Source: an uncultured Gemmatimonadales bacterium
GTDB lineage: Bacteria > Gemmatimonadota > Gemmatimonadetes > Longimicrobiales > Gaopeijiaceae
Direction of reading: 5' to 3'
Length of the DNA: 64,000 nt
Assembly: GCA_963823035.1 (NCBI GenBank)
Contig: CAWGKG010000008.1
Location: forward strand, 96,001 to 160,000
Part shown: positions 21,641 to 31,812 of the stretch, piece by piece
Layout: each line of letters starts with the position of its first letter
How positions within the stretch are numbered: the first letter of the stretch is position 1
The notes under the pieces: model-generated
The model's input: only the letters and a program-made list of their open reading frames with translations
Database searches by the model: none
What the model was told of the DNA's origin: nothing
Program-made: the position numbers and the translations under genes

Positions 21641-21695
21641 TACAATATGGGCATGGCCGGTCGGCGGCAGGCCCGTTCGGCCCGATGCGGGGGAC

Positions 21696-22889
21696 TCAGC
21701 GGATCGGCGTCACCTTGAGCATCACCGCCCCGTGCGAGGGGACGGTCGCCTCGTAGCGGCGCCCGAACGTCCCCTCGTCCCGCTGCGCCCACAGGTCGCG
21801 CACGCGCGCCGAGTCGGTGGCGATCCCCATCCGTCCGAAGCTGGCCGCGATCGTCGTCGGGACGGAGGCTCGGTTGAGCAGCACGGCGGCCTTCGAGCCG
21901 TCCGCGAGCGGCTTGACCCAGACCTGCAGCTCGGGCGGGAAGTTCTGCACCAGGCGCCCCTGCACGCCGAGCGGGTCCTGGTCCACCGCGATGACCTCAC
22001 GATTCGTGAGGATCTCGACGGTGGCCTTGGCCCGCCGGCCCGGGCCCGTCAGCTCACGCAGGTCGTTGCCCGCCATGAGCGGTGAGGCCATCACGGCCCA
22101 CAGGCTGAAGTGCGCGCGGTACTCGTCGTTCGTCATCCCTCCGTTGCCCACCTCGAGCATGTCGGGGTCGTTCCAGTGTCCCGGCCCCGCGGAGGCCCAG
22201 TACTGCGAGGAGCGGTCGAGGATCGAGAGCACGCTCTCCCACCGGTCGAAGATGTCGCCCGTGGTCCGCCAGAGGTTGCCGGTCTCCGGTCCCCATTCCC
22301 ACGGCTCGTTGGTGCCCCACTCGCAGATGGAGAAGACGATGTCCCTTCCCGCGTCACGGAGCGCGTCGCGGAAGACGGCGTAGCGCTCGCGGGCGTCGAG
22401 CCCCTCCGAGTGGCACCAGTCCACCTTCACGTAGTCCACGCCCCATTCGGCGTACGTGCGCGCGTCCATCGCCTCGTGGCCGTAGGAGCCGGGACGACCC
22501 TGGCAGGTCTGCCGGCCCGCGTCGGTGTAGATGCCGAAGAGGAGGCCGCGCGCGTGCACGTAGTCCGCCAGCGCCTTCATCCCCTCCGGGAAGCGCTCCG
22601 CGTCCGCGACGATCCGGCCGTCGGGCGCGCGATCGACCTGCCAGCAGTCGTCGATGACCACGTAGCGGTACCCGGCGTCCTTCATGCCGCTGGCGACCAT
22701 CGCGTCCGCGGTCTCGCGGATCAGCTCCGAGCTCACGTCGCAGCCGAAGTGGTTCCACGAGTTCCAACCCATGGGCGGCGTGCGCGCGAGCCCGTTGTCG
22801 GGGCGCCGCGCGGGCGGCCCGGCGACGAGTGCGGTCATGAGGGGTACGGCGACAAGGAGGAGGACGGACGTGCCGGCGCGGAGCTTCAA
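21696..22889 (-). CDS. Secreted GH27 alpha-galactosidase
   Basis: Signal peptide. Motifs DNGLARTPPMGWNSWN, IDDCW, VDYVKVDWC, WRTTGDI, WNDPDMLEVGN and VPSHG. Confidence 0.95.
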   Translation of the reverse strand: MKLRAGTSVLLLVAVPLMTALVAGPPARRPDNGLARTPPMGWNSWNHFGCDVSSELIRETADAMVASGMKDAGYRYVVIDDCWQVDRAPDGRIVADAERFPEGMKALADYVHARGLLFGIYTDAGRQTCQGRPGSYGHEAMDARTYAEWGVDYVKVDWCHSEGLDARERYAVFRDALRDAGRDIVFSICEWGTNEPWEWGPETGNLWRTTGDIFDRWESVLSILDRSSQYWASAGPGHWNDPDMLEVGNGGMTNDEYRAHFSLWAVMASPLMAGNDLRELTGPGRRAKATVEILTNREVIAVDQDPLGVQGRLVQNFPPELQVWVKPLADGSKAAVLLNRASVPTTIAASFGRMGIATDSARVRDLWAQRDEGTFGRRYEATVPSHGAVMLKVTPIR

Positions 22890-23038
22890 GGGACCTCCCG
22901 GCTGGGTGCCGTCCCGCGCGGCTCGAACCGGCGCGGGGTGGATGGAGGCTCACGCTAGGGCGGCCCCCACCCTGCGGCAAGCGGGCGCCCTCCGCCTCAC
23001 CCGGGTTCGCCCTTTCGCATCGGGCCACTCCGCGCCGA

Positions 23039-24562
23039 TCAGTCGGCTTCGCCCACCGTCGCGGCCTCGGTCAGGGGCAACCGCGTCCGTCGCGCCAGCA
23101 GCGGCGGGACCACCAGGCTGGCCACGGCGAGCACCCAGAGGACGATCGCGATCGGTGAGTCGAAGAGGATGCGCCAGTCGCCTGCGGAGAGGGCCATCGC
23201 GCGGCGCAGGCTCTTCTCCATGATGGGGCCGAGCACCAGGCCGAGGATGACCGGCGCCAGGGGGAAGCCCGTCCTGCGCATCACCCAGCCGACCACGCCG
23301 AACGCGGTCATGAGCACGAGGTCGAAGGGGCTCTGGTTCACCGCGTAGACCGCCACGAACGAGAGGGCCGCCACGCCCGGGAGGAGGAACCATCGGGGCA
23401 GCGTGAGCGCCCGTACGAACACGCCGACCAGCGGGAGGTTGAGGAGGAGGAGGAAGACGTTGCCGACGTACATGGAGGCGACGAGCCCCCAGAAGAGGTC
23501 CGGCTGCTCCTGGATGAGGAGGGGCCCGGGCGTGACGCCCAGCCCGAGGAGGGCGCCGAGCAGCACGGCGGTCGTCCCGCTGCCCGGCACGCCCAGCGTC
23601 AGGAGCGGGATCATCGCGCCGTTGGCCGCCGCGTTGTTCGCGGCCTCGGGGGCGGCCACCCCGCGGATGTCGCCCTTGCCGAACGTGCCCTCGCGGTCCG
23701 AGACGCGCTGCTCGGTGCTGTAGGCCAGGAAGGAGGCGATCGTGCCGCCGGCGCCGGGGAGCACGCCGACCAGGAAGCCCAGGACGCTCCCGCGGATCAT
23801 CGTTCCGAGGGTATGGAAGAACTCCTTCACCGTGATCATCACGCGACCGTAGCTCCCGGCCGCCGCCTGGCCGCGCTCGGTCTCCTGGAGCAGCTGTAGC
23901 ACCTCGCTCACGGCGAAGAGACCGATCGTCACCACCACGAAGTCCATCCCGTCGAGCAGCTTGATCTGACCGAAGGTGAAGCGCGGGATCGCGCTGTTGG
24001 GGTCCAGGCCGACGGTGGCGAGCAGCAGCCCGAAGGCCGTGGAGGCCAGGCCGCGCACCAGGCTGCCGCCGGCGAGGCTCGACAGGGCGGCGAAGGCGAA
24101 GACCATGAGCGCGAAGTACTCGGCCGGGCCGAAGCGGATGGCCCACTCGGCGAGGAGCGGCGCGAAGAGCACGAGGCCGAAGATCGACACCGTGCCGCCG
24201 AAGAAGGATGCGATCGCCGACATGGCGAGCGCCTGCCCTCCCCTCCCCGCACGCGTCATCGCGTGGCCGTCGAGCGCGGTGACCACCGCGGACGCGGTGC
24301 CCGGCACGTTCAGCAGGATCGTGCTGATCGAGTTGCCGTACTGCGAGCCGTAGTAGATCCCGGCCATCAGGATCAGCGCGGATTCGGGTGGGATGCCCGC
24401 CGCGAAGGTGATGGGGATGAGGATCGCGATCGCGTTGATGGGGCCGATCCCGGGGAGCATCCCCACGAACGTACCGACGAAGACGCCCCCGAACGCGAGG
24501 CCGAGGTTGAGCGGCCTGAGCGCGACCGCGAAGCCGCCCAACAGAGAGGTCAACGCATCCAC
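23039..24562 (-). CDS. tctA: Tripartite tricarboxylate transporter permease TctA
   Basis: Motifs GMLPGIG, YYGSQYG, LLNVPG, APEAANNA and PLLTLGVPGS. GTG start at 24562. Confidence 0.95.
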   Translation of the reverse strand: MDALTSLLGGFAVALRPLNLGLAFGGVFVGTFVGMLPGIGPINAIAILIPITFAAGIPPESALILMAGIYYGSQYGNSISTILLNVPGTASAVVTALDGHAMTRAGRGGQALAMSAIASFFGGTVSIFGLVLFAPLLAEWAIRFGPAEYFALMVFAFAALSSLAGGSLVRGLASTAFGLLLATVGLDPNSAIPRFTFGQIKLLDGMDFVVVTIGLFAVSEVLQLLQETERGQAAAGSYGRVMITVKEFFHTLGTMIRGSVLGFLVGVLPGAGGTIASFLAYSTEQRVSDREGTFGKGDIRGVAAPEAANNAAANGAMIPLLTLGVPGSGTTAVLLGALLGLGVTPGPLLIQEQPDLFWGLVASMYVGNVFLLLLNLPLVGVFVRALTLPRWFLLPGVAALSFVAVYAVNQSPFDLVLMTAFGVVGWVMRRTGFPLAPVILGLVLGPIMEKSLRRAMALSAGDWRILFDSPIAIVLWVLAVASLVVPPLLARRTRLPLTEAATVGEAD

Positions 24563-25017
24563 ATCGCCTCCCAGAGCGCGCCGAGCGGAAGCGGCAGGCC
24601 GAGCGCCCACACGAAGAGGTACCAGAGCACGACCGAGAGCGTCGCCGCCGATCCGAGGCTCTTTCGCCACGGACCGCCGAAGAGCATCGACAGCGCCCCC
24701 ACGGCGGCCGTCGTGGCCACCACGAACCCCAACGGTGCCAGGAGGAGGGCGTAGCCGCCGAAGACGGCGGCGGCCGCGCCCATGCGCAGCAGCACGGCTC
24801 CGGTCGGCCAGACGCGCGGCTCACCGCCCCGCACCAGGAGGATCATGCCCGCCGTGAAGAAGATCGCGGCCGAGAGGAGGGGCAGCGCCTTCGGCCCCAC
24901 GGGGTCCGTGAGGAAGGCCACGTCGAAGGTGGAGGCCTCGAGTGCGACGCCCACGCCCAGCGCCACGAGCACCCCGCCCGCGAAGCGGTCGGTGCGGTCG
25001 GCCCGCCGGGCACTCAC
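24550..25017 (-). CDS. tctB: Tripartite tricarboxylate transporter TctB
   Basis: Four TM segments, DPVGPKALP, and C-terminal LGLPLPLG; lies between tctC and tctA. Confidence 0.9.
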   Translation of the reverse strand: MSARRADRTDRFAGGVLVALGVGVALEASTFDVAFLTDPVGPKALPLLSAAIFFTAGMILLVRGGEPRVWPTGAVLLRMGAAAAVFGGYALLLAPLGFVVATTAAVGALSMLFGGPWRKSLGSAATLSVVLWYLFVWALGLPLPLGALWEAMWMR

Positions 25018-25982
25018 TCGAGCAGCCCGATCTCCCGCGACATCGCGCGGAAGTCCTTCACCTGCCGCTTGACGAACGCCTCGAAGTCTTCGCCGTAGAG
25101 GAAGAACGGCTCGAGGTGGTTCCGCTCCCGCGCCGCCGCCCACTCGGGGGACGCGCCCACCCGGCGCATCACGTCGACCCACTCCCGGTAGCGCTCGTCG
25201 CCGATGCCGGCCGGGACGTAGAAGCCGCGCCACGTCACCCAGTCGACGTCGAGCCCCGCTTCGTGCGCCGTGGGCACCTCGGCGAGGATGCCGCCCACCC
25301 GTTCGGGGGCGAGCACGGTCAGCACGCGCATGCGACCGGCGGCGATCTGACCCTCGACCTCGGAGGCCTCGCCCGAGAAGACCTGGACGAAGCCGCCGAG
25401 GAGCGCCGTCATGGCCTCGCCACCGCCGTCGAAGGGGACGTAGCGGATCGCCCGGGGGTCGATCCCCGCCGCGTGCACGAGAAGCAGCACCTTCATGTGG
25501 TCCTGCCCCGCCACGGCGCTCCCCCCGCTCACCACGATCGAGCCGGGCGCGACGCGCCACGCCTCCAGCAGGTCGGTCAGGTCGCGCCAGGGCGCGTCGG
25601 CGGCCACGGCCAGCACGCCGTATTCGGCTCCGACCGCGCCGACCCAGCGGACGTCGTCCTCGGTGAGGCGCCCGTACTGACCCTGGGCGAGCCGGAGGGT
25701 GGTGGACGGGCTGGCCGCGATGAGGACGGTGGGATCGTCGGCACGCTGCGCGACCGCGTTGGCGAACGCCACGCCTCCGCCCGCGCCGGGGAGGTTCGTC
25801 GTGCGCACCAGCCCGGGGGAGAGCCCCAGGGTGCGCAGCACCTCACCGACCGAGCGACAGGTGAGGTCCCACCCCCCGCCCGCCGCGGCCGGAGCAACGC
25901 ACTCCCAGCCGCGGCCACCCGCGTCGGGAACGCACGCCCCGACGGAGAGGACGGCCAGAGCCGTGAGGATGGGTCCGCGCAT
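25014..25982 (-). CDS. tctC: Tripartite tricarboxylate transporter substrate-binding lipoprotein TctC
   Basis: Lipobox VGAC. Motifs APAAAGGGWDLTCR, NLPGAGGGVA, YVPFDGGGEA and WRGF. Confidence 0.93.
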   Translation of the reverse strand: MRGPILTALAVLSVGACVPDAGGRGWECVAPAAAGGGWDLTCRSVGEVLRTLGLSPGLVRTTNLPGAGGGVAFANAVAQRADDPTVLIAASPSTTLRLAQGQYGRLTEDDVRWVGAVGAEYGVLAVAADAPWRDLTDLLEAWRVAPGSIVVSGGSAVAGQDHMKVLLLVHAAGIDPRAIRYVPFDGGGEAMTALLGGFVQVFSGEASEVEGQIAAGRMRVLTVLAPERVGGILAEVPTAHEAGLDVDWVTWRGFYVPAGIGDERYREWVDVMRRVGASPEWAAARERNHLEPFFLYGEDFEAFVKRQVKDFRAMSREIGLLE

Positions 25983-26075
25983 GGGGCAGCGTCGCTCGTG
26001 GGAGGCGAACGGGACCGGTCGGTGCCGGTCGGTGCGCGGTAGGGTGGGGCGGGCGCGCCCCCGGCCACAAGGGGG

Positions 26076-26110
26076 GAAGGGACCGGTCCCGGAGCGGGAC
26101 CGGCCCCTTC
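26076..26110 (-). terminator. GC hairpin downstream of the cytochrome c peroxidase gene
   Basis: GAAGGGACCGGTCCCG-gag-CGGGACCGGCCCCTTC, 10 nt after the stop at 26121. Confidence 0.55.
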
Positions 26111-26120
26111 TGGCGAGGGG

Positions 26121-27180
26121 TCAGGAACCGCCTGCCGCGCCGGCCGAGGTCGACGGGAGGGGTGGAAGGATGGGCTCGTTGATGTATTCGTAGGGCACGG
26201 GGCCCGTGAGCGTCCTCAGCCAGGTCACGATGCTCTCGACCTGGGATGCGGTGAGCTCCGCGCCGAGCTGGTGCCACGCCATCAGCGAGACGGCGTCCTC
26301 GAGGCGCTGAGCCGATCCGTCGTGGAAGTAGGGCCACGTCTCCTGGACGTTGCGCAGGGACGGCACCTTGAAGAACATCGCGTCCGCCGCGTTGCCGGTG
26401 ACCTGCGCCCGACCCTGGTCCGAAGTGTCGTACCAGGTGTTCACCAGCCCGGCCTTCTGGTAGAACGAGCCGCCGACGTACGGCGCCGACGTGGCACTGG
26501 GTGCACCCCGCGGAGGCGAACTCGTTGAAGCCGGCCTTCTCCGCGTCCGTGAGCGCGCCGGCGTCACCCGACAGGAAGGCGTCCCAGCGGGAGGGGGTGA
26601 CCAGCCCGCGCTCGAAGGCGGCGATGGCGCGGCCGAAGTTCTCGAAGGTGACCGGCTGCGCATCGCTCGGGAACGCGGCCTTGAACGCGTCGACGTACCC
26701 CGGCATCCGCAGGAGGACCTTCTCGACCGACTGGCCGTCCGGCATTCCCATCTCGACGGGGTTCAGGACCGGTCCGAGGGCCTGCGCCTCGACGTCGGGG
26801 GCCCGCCCGTCCCAGAACTGAGCGACGTGGCCGGCCGCGTTGTAGACCGAAGGCTCGTTGCGTCCACCCACCAGCCCCTCGTGCCCGACGCCCGTAGGCC
26901 GATGGCTCGTGCCGTAGTCGTGCAGGGGATGGCAGACGTAGCAGGAAACGTCGCCCGAAGTGGAGAAGCGCGTGTCGTAGTAGAGCATGCGCCCCAGGTC
27001 CACCTTCTCCGCCGTCATCGGGTTGTCGGTGGAGGCCATCACCGTCGGGAGCGCCGCGAACGCCTGCAGGGCGGACGGATTCGCCTCGACGCCGCCGGTC
27101 TCGTGGGGAGGGGGGGCGTCGGTGCCGCAGGCTGCGGTCAGCACCAGGAGGGTGAGCACTGCGTTTCGCCGCGTGAACAT
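26121..27180 (-). CDS. ccp: Di-heme cytochrome c peroxidase lipoprotein; frameshift near 26490
   Basis: Lipobox TAAC, heme motifs CYVCH and CTQCH, and QFWDGRA, NPVEM and FKVPSLRNV...PYFHDGS. Confidence 0.93.
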
Positions 27181-27338
27181 CGGGGAACGCCTCGGAGTCA
27201 GGTGGATAGCCGAGGGCGGCGGAGGGCCGGGCGGTCCGGGTGGGAGGGCCCGGCGCGAGCGCTCGGCCGGTTGATTCCGGTGCGCCCTTCAGGGACCTTG
27301 AAGTGTGCTCGTCCTTCCGGGAGCCCGGTATCCGGCAA

Positions 27339-27917
27339 ATGACAGTGGAGCGGGTGATGGAGAGGGAACACTCGTCAAACGCGCGCCTGGCGCTCGTCGG
27401 TGTGCTGGCGCTGCTGGCGCTCAACGCCGCGGTCAACCTGGTGCTCGACGCCTGGGGGCGGTGGCCCCGCGTCCACCTGGCGCTCGAGATCCTGACCGCC
27501 CTGGTCGGAATGGGGGCGGCGACGGTGCTCTGGTGGGGCTGGCGGAGGGCGGAGCGGGCGGAGGCCGGGGCGCGTGAGGCGCTGGTGGCGCGGCGGGCGG
27601 AGCGCGACGAGTGGCGGGAGAGCGCGCGGCGGGCGCTCGAGGGGCTGGGCGAGGCGCTCGACGCGCAGTTCCGCGCGTGGGACCTGACGCCCACGGAGCG
27701 CGAGGTCGCGCTCCTCCTCCTCAAGGGGTACAGCCACAAGCGCATCGCCGAGATGACGGGGCGCCGCGAGCGCACCGTGCGTCAGCACGGCGTCGTCGTC
27801 TACCAGAAGTCGGGGCTGTCCGGGCGCGCCGCGCTCGCGGCCTACTTCCTCGAGGACCTGATCCTGCCCGACGAGGAGCGCGACACGCTGCGCGCCGCCA
27901 CCCCCGTCGAGCCCTGA
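27339..27917 (+). CDS. Membrane-anchored LuxR-type HTH regulator
   Basis: Two N-terminal TM helices, a coiled linker, and WDLTPTEREVALLLLKGYSHKRIA...TVRQH...YQKSG. Confidence 0.88.
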   Translation: MTVERVMEREHSSNARLALVGVLALLALNAAVNLVLDAWGRWPRVHLALEILTALVGMGAATVLWWGWRRAERAEAGAREALVARRAERDEWRESARRALEGLGEALDAQFRAWDLTPTEREVALLLLKGYSHKRIAEMTGRRERTVRQHGVVVYQKSGLSGRAALAAYFLEDLILPDEERDTLRAATPVEP

Positions 27918-27929
27918 CGCGGAGCCGGC

Positions 27930-28205
27930 ATGGATCCCATGGCCATCGTCGGGATGATCTTCACGCTCGTCATGCTGGTCGTGATCGGCGGCTTCATCCT
28001 CCTCATCCCCCTCTCCCGCCAACTCGCCGCCTTCCTCCGACTGCGGTTGGAGCGGAGTGACAAGGCCGACCAGGATGCGCGCATCGCGTCGCTCACGAGG
28101 GCGGTGGCGTCGCTGCGGGACGACGTCGAGCGGCTCGCGGAGCGCCAGGAGTTCACGGAGCACCTCCTGGAACGTCCCGCCCCACGGACCCGGAGGAGGA
28201 ATGAG
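27930..28205 (+). CDS. Small single-TM coiled-coil protein; stop codon probably lost to a frameshift, so the end is approximate
   Basis: MDPMAIVGMIFTLVMLVVIGGFILLIPL...LRDDVERLAERQEFTEHLLE. The ORF runs on out of frame through tag. Confidence 0.65.
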
Positions 28206-28818
28206 TGCCGCGAGCGGGCCTCCCCGGTGCTTCTGGGTGCGCGACGCCGACGAGGACTACGTCCGCTACCACGACGAGGAGTGGGGCTATCCGGTCGCGG
28301 ACGACGTCCGGCTGTTCGAGAAGATCTGCCTGGAGGGGTTCCAGTCGGGGCTGTCCTGGCTGACGATCCTGCGCAAGCGCGAGAACTTCCGCCGTGCCTT
28401 CGCGGGCTTCGACTACCGGAAGGTGGCGCGCTTCGGCGCGCGCGACGTCGACCGACTCCTGCAGGACGCCGGTATCGTCCGACACCGGGGGAAGATCGAG
28501 GCCACGCTGAACAACGCCGAGCGCGCGCGCGAGATGGTCGAGGAGTTCGGCTCGCTGGCGGCGTTCGTGTGGCGCTTCGAACCGGGCGCCGGCACGCGGC
28601 CCGGGAAGCTCACGGAGGAGGCGCTGCGCGGCATGGCCGCCACGCCCGAGTCGAAGGCGCTGTCGAAGGAGCTGAAGAAGCGGGGTTGGCGCTTCGTCGG
28701 GCCCACCACGGTCTACGCCTTCATGCAGGCGATGGGGCTCGTCAACGACCACACGCACGACTGCGCCTTCCGGGCGAAGGCGCTCGCCGCTCGCCGGCGC
28801 TTCGAGGTGCCGGGCTGA
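28201..28818 (+). CDS. tag: DNA-3-methyladenine glycosylase I
   Basis: SD GGAGGAGG then ATG 28201. Motifs RCFW, YHDEEWG, LEGFQSGLSW, FVGPTTVYAFMQAMGLVNDH and C. Confidence 0.96.
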   Translation: MSAASGPPRCFWVRDADEDYVRYHDEEWGYPVADDVRLFEKICLEGFQSGLSWLTILRKRENFRRAFAGFDYRKVARFGARDVDRLLQDAGIVRHRGKIEATLNNAERAREMVEEFGSLAAFVWRFEPGAGTRPGKLTEEALRGMAATPESKALSKELKKRGWRFVGPTTVYAFMQAMGLVNDHTHDCAFRAKALAARRRFEVPG

Positions 28819-28841
28819 CGCTCGGGCGCCGCCGCCGGTTG

Positions 28842-30957
28842 CTAGTGGCTGCTGGTCGCGGCGCGCCCGGCGGGACGCAGCACCAGGTTGTCGATGAAGA
28901 ACTCCATCATCCGGTACGGGTTGAGCGCCGAATGGCCCCGGTCCGGTCCGACCTGCACGTCGAAGCTCTTCTGTGCGCTCTGCAGCGCCTGGATGAGCTG
29001 CAGCGAGTTCGAGGGGTGCACGTTGTTGTCGGCGGTGCCGTAGTAGATCATCAGGCGCCCCGTGAGACGATCGGCGTACGTCATCGCCGAGCCGGCGTCG
29101 TAGCCGGCGGCGTTCTCCTGCGGCAGCCACATGTAGCGCTCGGTGTAGATCGAGTCGTAGTTCCGCCAGTCGGTCACGGGTGAGGCGGCCGACGCCGCCG
29201 CGAAGACGTCGGGGTGGCGCAGGATCGCCATCGCCGAGGTGTAGCCGCCGTACGAGGTGCCGAAGATGCCCACGCGCGCGCCGTCCACGTACGGACGCTC
29301 GGCCAGCGCTCGGACGCCGGCCGCCTGATCGTCGATCTCCACCGTGCCGAGCTTCTCGTAGATCGCATCCAGGAAGCGCTTGCCGCGCCCGGCGGCGCTG
29401 CGCGAGTCGAGCGTCGCGACCAGAAAGCCGTACTCGGTGAGCGGGTTGGGCACGGCGAACCTCTCGTAGGCCCCGTTGGTCGCGGGCCCGGCGTAGACGC
29501 TGACGAGCAGCGGGTACTTCCGGCTCGGATCGAAGTTCGACGGCTTGTGCAGCATCCCGTACAGCTGCGGTCTCGCCGTCCGCGGCCTCGAAGGTGAAGA
29601 GCTCGACGCGCTGGAGCCCGAGCTCCTCGAAGCGGGCGAGGTCGCTCGTCGCCAGCTCCGCGACCTGCTTGCCCGAGGCGTTCACCAGGCGCGTCACAGG
29701 CGGCTGGTCGTGCGTCTGTGCGACGTCCACGAAGTACTTCCCGTCGGGGGACATGCTCACGTCGTGGTTGAACGCCGGATCCGTGAGACGGCGGTCGTTC
29801 TTCCCGTCGAGGCCGATGCGGTGGAGCTGCAGCTTCATCGGGTTGTCGCCGTCGCGCGCCGTGTACCACACCACGCCGGCCTTCTCGTCCACCTCCTCGA
29901 TCGACTGCACCTCGAACGGGTGGTCGGTGAGCGTGCGCAGGAGCTTCCCGGAGTAGTCGTACAGGTAGAGGTTGGCGAAGCCGGTGCGCTCGGAGATCCA
30001 CAGGAAGCGCTTCCCATCGGCGAGCCAACGGATCGGTGGGTGGTTCTCCACCCACGAGTCCGGCCATTCCTCGCGAACCACCACCCGGCAGCTCCCCGTC
30101 GCAGGGGCGCACGCCGTGAACTCGAGCACGTTCTGGCGCCGGTTCGTGCGGTTGAACGTGATCTCCGAGCCGTCCGGCGACCACGCGACCTGGTAGACGT
30201 AGTGGCCCACCACGTCGTTGGTGAAGGGCGCGCCGTCGCGCACGTCCATGCGGGTGGACCGGCCGGACGCGAGATCGTAGACGAAGAGGTCGACCACGGG
30301 GTTGGGCGCACCCGCCTTGGGATAGGCCTCGCGGTCGAGCGAGTCCTGGACCTCGGTCTGCTCGAACTGGAGGTAGTAGTCCGGGACGTCGCCCTCGTCG
30401 AAGCGGTAGTAGGCCAGCTTCGTTCCGTCCGGCGACCACCACATGGCCGTGACCTGCCCGAGCTCCTCTCCGTAGACCCAGCTCGCCGTCCCGTACTTGA
30501 TGCGATCCTCCGCGCTTCCGTCCGTGGTGACGGCACGCGCACCGCTCCGGTCCGCGGCGCTCACCCACAGGTTCCGGTCGCGATAGAACGCCTCCATGGT
30601 GCTGTCCGGAGACATCGCCGACGCGAACTGACGGCCCCGCTCCGGGCCCCCGCGGCGGAAGCCGCGCGGCTCCGGCGCCTCGCCCACGTCCGTCGCTCGA
30701 CCGGTGGCGACGTCGTAGCGGTAGAGGCGGTCCTCGCGCGCGTACTCGAACGTCTTCCCGTCGTCGGCCCATGTGACGCGCAGCGCGCCCGAGACCACGG
30801 AGCCGGGAATCCGACCGGCCATCTCCTGGTAGCGGGCGTAGCCGGGCATCTCCTTGATGCGCTGCTGCGCGGCCGCGCCGGAGGCGGCCACCGCCGTCGC
30901 CAGGACGGCGGTGAGGGAGGCGAACGAGTGGCGGGTGCGACGGGGCAGGGTGGGCAT
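28842..30957 (-). CDS. Secreted S9B dipeptidyl peptidase IV family protein; frameshift near 29570
   Basis: Signal peptide, WVYGEEL, WWSPDG, YPKAG, nucleophile motif GTSYGG, DNNVH and H in DRGH. Confidence 0.93.
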
Positions 30958-31229
30958 GGTGGTGAATCCGTCGGACGTGGCGGCGAACGGCCTTCGTGGC
31001 GAGGGGGGAAGCTCGGGCGGGGGTCGCGGAGCCGCAAGCGAGGGCTTGCTCACGACATGGCCTGCCGGGTGTCGCCGGCGCGCTCGTGGGTCTCGGCACG
31101 GGGCCGGCCGTCGCCGCGCTCCTTCCGGGAGTAGCGCGGCGCACACGCGTCCCGCACGTTGACGGCCGCAGCGAACGGGCCGGCCCTGCGTCGACCGCGC
31201 CCGATACGTACCCCACCCGGGAGGATCGG

Positions 31230-31805
31230 ATGAGCCCTGCAGCAACCCTCGCGAACGGGCGGCCACGGCGGCACGGAGCAGGACGGCGGATCGGATGGAT
31301 GGCACGGCGCGCGCCGCTCGTCGCGGCCCTCGTGGGCGTGGCGGCGTGCACGATGGAGCCGCGCACCGACCAGAACGCCCCGACCAGCGCCACGCAGCCG
31401 GCGGCGCAGCACTACCGCGAGGTCGTCCAACCGGAGGGCGTGGCGCGTCTGCCCGTGTTCAGCACGGCCATCCGCAACGGTGGCCTGCTCTTCCTGTCCG
31501 GGCAGATCGGCGCGGTGCCCGGGGTGAGCCCACCGCAGGTGGTGGAGGGCGGCGTCGAAGCGGAGACGACGCAGGTGTTCGAGAACATCAAGACCGTGCT
31601 CGCCGCGGACGGCCTCACGCTCGACAACGTGATCAAGTGCACCGTCTTCCTCGCGGACATCGGAGACTACGCCGCGATGAACGCCGTGTACCTGACGTAC
31701 TTCCCGAACGTGCCGCCCGCGCGCTCGGCGATGGCGGGCAGCGGCCTGGCCCTCGGCGCGAAGGTCGAGATCGAGTGCATCGCGGCGTATCCGCCGGGTC
31801 GGTGA
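31230..31805 (+). CDS. RidA/YjgF family protein with a predicted lipoprotein signal
   Basis: SD GGAGG before ATG 31230. LVAALVGVAAC lipobox; motifs LSGQIG, VFLADIGDYAAMNAVY, PPARS and KVEIECIA. Confidence 0.88.
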   Translation: MSPAATLANGRPRRHGAGRRIGWMARRAPLVAALVGVAACTMEPRTDQNAPTSATQPAAQHYREVVQPEGVARLPVFSTAIRNGGLLFLSGQIGAVPGVSPPQVVEGGVEAETTQVFENIKTVLAADGLTLDNVIKCTVFLADIGDYAAMNAVYLTYFPNVPPARSAMAGSGLALGAKVEIECIAAYPPGR

Positions 31806-31812
31806 CGGGCCC

